Shown piece after piece: positions 27,362-32,000 of a stretch of DNA of 32,000 nucleotides. The DNA is taken from assembly GCF_003428155.1 (NCBI RefSeq), contig NZ_QLIR01000012.1, positions 31,917 to 63,916 of the forward strand, read 5' to 3'. The stretch is from Fastidiosibacter lacustris. GTDB lineage: Bacteria > Pseudomonadota > Gammaproteobacteria > Francisellales > Francisellaceae. Below the pieces are notes generated by a model that saw only the letters and a program-made list of their open reading frames with translations, searched no databases and was not told the DNA's origin. Every line of letters starts with the position of its first letter. The first letter of the stretch is position 1. The translations under genes were made by a program, and so were the position numbers.

Positions 27362-27970
27362 ATGATTTATGGATATGCACGAGTGTCAACTCAAGATCAA
27401 AACCTTGATATGCAAATTGAATCACTCAACAAGTATCACTGTGACGAAATTATCACAGAAAAGAAAAGTGGCACTTCGCTAGAGCGCCCTGCTTTCAAGA
27501 AACTACTTGATACCTTGCGAAAAGATGACACGCTTATCGTGTATAAACTCGATCGCATCAGCAGATCAACCAAGCATATGATTACGCTATCAGATCACTT
27601 TAAATCTAAACAAATTAAGTTTGTATCTATCAAAGATCAGATTGACACTGCCACGCCAATGGGTGAATTCTTCTTTACGGTAACAACGGCACTAGGACAA
27701 CTTGAGCGCGACATTTTAAGCATGCGTGTCAAGGATGGGATTGAAGCTGCTAAAAACCGTGGTGTTAAGTGTGGGCGACAACCAGGAATGACCTTAGAAA
27801 ACAAAAGAAAATGTGCTTATGCTTATGACATTATTACAAAGCTTAAAAAAAATGATAAGACATCAGTCGCTCAAATTCTTAAAGATCAAGGCATTGCACG
27901 CAACACCTATTATCGCTATGTGAATGGGTATAAACAAAAATCGCCTGAAACTCAGGGCGAGTTGTTTTAA
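27362..27970 (+). CDS. Serine recombinase, resolvase/invertase family (Tn3 TnpR-like)
   Basis: MIYGYARVSTQDQNLDMQIESL, YKLDRISRSTKHM, TPMGEFFFTVTTALGQLERDILSMRVKDGIEAAKNRGVKCGR, C-terminal HTH. Confidence 0.95.
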   Translation: MIYGYARVSTQDQNLDMQIESLNKYHCDEIITEKKSGTSLERPAFKKLLDTLRKDDTLIVYKLDRISRSTKHMITLSDHFKSKQIKFVSIKDQIDTATPMGEFFFTVTTALGQLERDILSMRVKDGIEAAKNRGVKCGRQPGMTLENKRKCAYAYDIITKLKKNDKTSVAQILKDQGIARNTYYRYVNGYKQKSPETQGELF

Positions 27971-28072
27971 TTTGTATTAGTCTAGATATAATCTGACACT
28001 CATCTTGACTTAGATGAGGTTGCCTGTTTTGATAAACGTGAAAGAAAACAAATCAAAAACAGGAGCAACCTC

Positions 28073-28324
28073 ATGTTGGATACTAATAGTAAATTAATCA
28101 AAAATAAAGTCGGCTTGTTAAATTTAGCAGAGGAACTAGGCAATATTTCCAAAGCATGTAAGGTAATGGGTTTCTCACGAGAGACCTTTTATCGTTATCA
28201 AGAAGCGGTAAAAGATCGTGGTATTGAAGCTTTACTGGATAAAAACAGACGTGTGCCTAATTTCAAAAATCGCGTTGATAAAGTGATTGAAAAAGCAGTT
28301 GTTGAATATGCACCGTCATATTAA
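28073..28324 (+). pseudogene. N-terminal remnant of an IS481-family transposase
   Basis: SKLIKNKVGLLNLAEELGNISKACKVMGFSRETFYRYQEAVKDRGIEALLDKNRRVPNFKNRVDKVIEKAVVEYAPSY then stop. The catalytic DDE domain is missing. Confidence 0.85.
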
Positions 28325-28534
28325 AGGAATAAAACTTGCCTAAGCTAAAACTTTGCACCGTCATGAATAATTGAATTCTTTAAGTTGATAAGGTATTTTA
28401 GGCATCAAATTTAATAAAGGTACAAGCAATCAGCTCAACAAATACAATTTATAACAACATTCCTTTTGTTAAAAAGAAAATTAATTAATAGAATGAAATA
28501 GCAAGCATAAATTATTTGCGATAAAGGTTAATTT

Positions 28535-28894
28535 ATGAATAAACTTAGAAAAAGATTATATCTGATTATAATTTGCATATGTGGCATAAGCTTTAATGCC
28601 TTTGCTTCATCAAATATTGACGTAGCTTCAGTTCAAGTTGTTAATTTAACTGATAACATTATGATTAGAGATTATGCTAAAGAAATAATTGACAAAAATA
28701 ACATCCCCTATAAAACCATAGCCGAATTATATAATCAAATCATTAGCAATAGGAACGATTTATTATTCCGTTATGATGGTAAATCCTTAATTTCTGCTAG
28801 TCAAAAATATCAAGATGATAAACTAATAACTGTTAGAATCATTAAAAAAACAAAGGTTATCGAGGGAGTTTCTATTGAGTATGATGAAAAATAA
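28535..28894 (+). CDS. Small secreted/periplasmic protein of unknown function
   Basis: Signal peptide MNKLRKRLYLIIICICGISFNAFASS; overlaps the next ORF by 20 nt. Confidence 0.6.
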   Translation: MNKLRKRLYLIIICICGISFNAFASSNIDVASVQVVNLTDNIMIRDYAKEIIDKNNIPYKTIAELYNQIISNRNDLLFRYDGKSLISASQKYQDDKLITVRIIKKTKVIEGVSIEYDEK

Positions 28895-29783
28895 ATTAAA
28901 GCATAAGAGTCTATTTTTGATGACTATTACTACTACCATTGTTCATTCAGCAAATGCAATTGCATTAAACACTAAATCAGAAGATAAATATGGTGTATTC
29001 TTCTGTACAAGAGACTTATCACAAGAATTGTATGAGCAAATTGAAAAAGGGAAAATAGCTTCATCTATATTCTTATCAACATCTTCCTCATCTGCTATAG
29101 CTTCTAGCTTACTCAGTTCATTATCTTTTAAAATTATTCTTCCTGCTAGCATTGCTTCAGGTGCAGGGGTTGCTTATTTATCGACTAACTTTGTTCATGA
29201 TTGGTATAAAAAAGGGTTTTACCAAAAAGTAACAGAGAGTTTGAATTCTATTAGTAGTGTAAGCATGAGTGGACTTCATAATAATTATGTTAACGTAAAT
29301 GACACAGTTCTGATGGGTAATACTTATAGACATTGTTCCGTTCTATTAGCTCAATACAATGATGAACAAGAAGGTCGTATTCGCTTAAAAAGTTTTGATA
29401 CAAAGGGTTTTTTTCAAGATGAAAAAGGCTCTTCTCCCTTGTATGGAAACCAAAATACGGCGGTAGATAGAAATGACCTTTTGGATAGTTCTACTGTATG
29501 TACGTTAGTAAAAAAAGCAAAAGACAAAAGAGAATATTTTAATTTAAGAGCTGAAATTTTTGACTTTTTCTCTTTTGAAACAGATAAAGGTTACAGTTTG
29601 ACAGAACGAAACTGTTGTACTGTCACGTATAATGCTGTGAAAAAAATAGACGGTAATACAAATGTAATCGACAATTCAAGCTTTAATCATGGAATTGGTA
29701 TGCCTCATGATAAATCTTGGTTTTCATTTTTAGCTGCATCGCTAGAAGATGAGAAAAATGAAAAAACAACAGATGATTTATAA
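28875..29783 (+). CDS. Signal-peptide-bearing protein of unknown function, possible papain-like fold (TTG start, or ATG at 28881)
   Basis: 302 aa; signal-like N-terminus LFLMTITTTIVHSANA, internal hydrophobic SFKIILPASIASGAGVAYLS, motifs GNTYRHCSVLLAQY and TERNCCTVTYNAVKKI. Confidence 0.65.
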   Translation: MSMMKNKLKHKSLFLMTITTTIVHSANAIALNTKSEDKYGVFFCTRDLSQELYEQIEKGKIASSIFLSTSSSSAIASSLLSSLSFKIILPASIASGAGVAYLSTNFVHDWYKKGFYQKVTESLNSISSVSMSGLHNNYVNVNDTVLMGNTYRHCSVLLAQYNDEQEGRIRLKSFDTKGFFQDEKGSSPLYGNQNTAVDRNDLLDSSTVCTLVKKAKDKREYFNLRAEIFDFFSFETDKGYSLTERNCCTVTYNAVKKIDGNTNVIDNSSFNHGIGMPHDKSWFSFLAASLEDEKNEKTTDDL

Positions 29784-30041
29784 GATCAATATCAACCCAA
29801 CTTTTTTATTAACCTTAACTTTTTATCAACGCTATACCTACCATTATACTGACAGGCTGTGTCTTAGACTACTTGGGGTTCTGTTGCTCTGGCACGACTT
29901 TGGTCCATTCGTCTATTTATTAAACAAAATATCTTGCTTAAATATAACCACTAAGAATGTTGATACCGTAATTGGCGTTTATTGATGTAGTTGTTAAGGT
30001 GGTCGAGTAAGCCAGAGGAACTTCCCCTCTAACTTCTCACG

Positions 30042-30075
30042 GAACCGTACGTGACAGTCTCCTGTCATACGGCTC
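30042..30075 (-). ncRNA. Group II intron catalytic domain V
   Basis: GAGCCGTATGACAGGAGACTGTCACGTACGGTTC: 34-nt hairpin (GAGCCGTATGACAG / CTGTCACGTACGGTTC), directly after the RT stop codon. Confidence 0.88.
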
Positions 30076-31335
30076 TTATTGTACAACCTTTTGTTGGCTC
30101 AATTGCCAATGTGTATAAAGATTGGGCTGCCTCGCTCTTACTCCTGCCAACCACTCTCTTGCCTTAGCTTTACTTGTTTTGAGCTTTTTAAATTTCCTTT
30201 TTGCCCATCTCACTAAAGCATAATCAAGTTGATTAGCTATTTTATACGTTGAGGATTTTTGATACTTTCCATAGTAGTTTATCCATCCTCTCGTTTTAGA
30301 ATTGATAAGTTCAGCAATACTTTCCAGAGATTGATTTGACCAAAGCTGCATTTTCCAACCTTTTATCTGATCACTGATTTTCCCTTGAGCTTTCTTGCTC
30401 ATTGCTGGATTAAAACCAACAAAGAAATTCCCTCTCTTTGCTTTGACCAATCGAGGTCGGAAAGTGTATCCCAGAAAATCAAACTGCTGGTTCACATAAC
30501 TTCCACTACGCTTACCATCTTTACAGTATACAATTTTTGATTTTTCTGGGTGTAGTTTTAGTGTACATGCTTCAAGTCTGGCTTCAAGAGCCTTTTTGAG
30601 CCGTTCAGCTTCTGATTGGAATCTACAATGGTAGATGGCATCATCTGCATACCGCTCAAATGTGACCATTGGAAAGTTCTTTTTCACCCATCTGTCTAAA
30701 GCATAATGAAGAAATAGATTGGCAAGTATTGGACTGATCACACCACCTTGCGGTGTTCCTGATAAGTTCTGTACACATTTGCCATCAATTTCAACTGGCG
30801 CTTTAAGCCAACGTTGTATATAGAGGATAACCCACTTACACTTGATATGCTTGCATACTGCTTTCATTAACAAGTCATGATCAATGTTGTCGAAAAATCC
30901 TTGGATGTCTATATCAACAACCCAATCATATTGCCAACATCGTTGCCTTGCCAAGCCAACCGCATCAAGCGCTGATTTCCCAGGTCTATAACCGTAAGAG
31001 TCATTATCAAAGTGAACCTCTAACTCAGGTTCGATCATGATTTTAACAACCATCTGAGCTATCCTATCTGATACCGTAGGAATTCCTAGCGGTCTGGTTT
31101 TACCATCCCCCTTGGGAATCTCTACCCGTTTAACCGCAGGTGGAAAGTAGCTTCCAGAAGACATTCTATTCCATATTTTGAATAAATTTCCCGATAGATT
31201 TCTATCAAACTCGCTCAGAGATTGATCATCCACCCCTGCTGCGCCTTTGTTTGCTTTGACTCTTTTATACGCTTCCCAAACAGTGTGCTTAGGAATATCA
31301 AAAGGTTTTGTTGATGTCAAATTCATTCCTCCCAT
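30076..31335 (-). CDS. ltrA: Group II intron reverse transcriptase/maturase
   Basis: GDGKTRPLGIPTVSDRIAQMVV, DIDIQGFFDNIDHDLL, GTPQGGVISPILANLFLHYALD, FERYADDAIYHC, FDFLGYTFRPR, TRGWINYYG maturase region. Confidence 0.97.
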   Translation of the reverse strand: MGGMNLTSTKPFDIPKHTVWEAYKRVKANKGAAGVDDQSLSEFDRNLSGNLFKIWNRMSSGSYFPPAVKRVEIPKGDGKTRPLGIPTVSDRIAQMVVKIMIEPELEVHFDNDSYGYRPGKSALDAVGLARQRCWQYDWVVDIDIQGFFDNIDHDLLMKAVCKHIKCKWVILYIQRWLKAPVEIDGKCVQNLSGTPQGGVISPILANLFLHYALDRWVKKNFPMVTFERYADDAIYHCRFQSEAERLKKALEARLEACTLKLHPEKSKIVYCKDGKRSGSYVNQQFDFLGYTFRPRLVKAKRGNFFVGFNPAMSKKAQGKISDQIKGWKMQLWSNQSLESIAELINSKTRGWINYYGKYQKSSTYKIANQLDYALVRWAKRKFKKLKTSKAKAREWLAGVRARQPNLYTHWQLSQQKVVQ

Positions 31336-32000
31336 GTTATGGTTGACTCATTTTCACAACGGTACAATGTAACCCCTTCGCTCCATTCCCATTACAGGAA
31401 TTTCAACACTACTACGAGTTACTCCGCCCCTGTGCTCTGCTTTGGTACTTTCATCCTTATGGGGCTACCACTTCAGATTTTTCCCTTGTCATCAGAACGA
31501 CAGGTTCCCAAGTTCCTGCTAAAAGCCTAAGATAAGCTCATGCCACCTCAATACCCGATGCCGCTCAGTCAGTAAATAGCTAACTTCTGAGCTTATCCCA
31601 ATGCTCCACTACCCATTGGTTTTGACATCATGAAAATTGCTAACGATACGTCATCAATGGTTCACTTTCATTCATCTTCTTATCTCATACCTGACATATA
31701 TTTATGCCTTTTCCTCAACGCTCACTACCATAACTCTTTATTACAGCAGCTTGAGGTGGTTTGAAGCCTGTAGCTATATACCGACTTCGGGAGACCTACT
31801 CCCATCTTCTAACAAGCATGGTGTTTACACACCTTCTTGGCACACTAATGGACTGCAAACTTAAATGCTTTTTTATTTTATCTTTCTTGATATTATGTTG
31901 GTCAAATTATAATAAACAAGTTTAACGTAAAATTTAGGACAGATAGTCTGAAAACTATATTGCTTCTTGACACTTAGCAAATCTCGTTCTGTTGCAAACT

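Larger units (their letters stand above)
30002..31845 (-). mobile_element. Group II intron with intron-encoded protein (boundaries inferred)
   Basis: Minus strand: predicted 5' end GTGTGCCAAGAAGG at 31845 (GUGYG), RT/maturase ORF, domain V at 30075-30042, domain VI, and 3' end ...CTTACTCGAC at 30002. Confidence 0.8.

Noticed and set aside
29749-29985. 78-aa plus ORF after the 302-aa protein
   Set aside because: Overlaps the previous gene's end in another frame, lacks a convincing start and motif; probably decayed DNA next to the intron.
31339-31864. Plus-strand ORFs of 63 and 75 aa
   Set aside because: They lie antisense to the structured 5' part (domains I-III) of the group II intron.
1-32000. 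CRISPR arrays, retron or DGR-type systems
   Set aside because: No regularly spaced repeats were seen. The only reverse transcriptase has group II intron maturase features and an adjacent domain V, and no template/variable repeat pair was noticed.

Overview
The window looks like the distal end of an F-type (MPF-F) conjugation operon plus its relaxosome and leading region, in a low-GC, probably gammaproteobacterial, plasmid or ICE. The + strand reads traH 3' end (partial), traG, [inverted membrane ORF], traT, traD, HU-like gene, unknown gene, Rpn-family nuclease, then a 2177-aa MobF relaxase/helicase with a C-terminal Toprim domain. About 1.2 kb past traI is a short sequence (TTGCGTGGTGTGT^GG) that matches the F-plasmid nic region as I remember it (TTGCGTGGGGTGT^GG). 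Two ribbon-helix-helix-like genes lie next to it, and a 17/19 match to the Fur-box consensus lies 48 nt downstream. I propose this as the oriT. If so, the leading region begins with ardC, a nested hairpin and a HigBA-like pair, all oriented so that the incoming T-strand would be their template. The right part is accessory: a RecX-like ORF, an AlbA_2/Schlafen ORF, a DUF378 protein, a DUF3987 protein, two more toxin-antitoxin pairs, a serine resolvase, an IS481-family remnant, an overlapping pair of signal-peptide proteins of unknown function, and a near-complete group II intron (about 30002..31845, minus strand). No CRISPR array, rRNA or tRNA was recognised. Family names come from motif recognition only; no database search was run.
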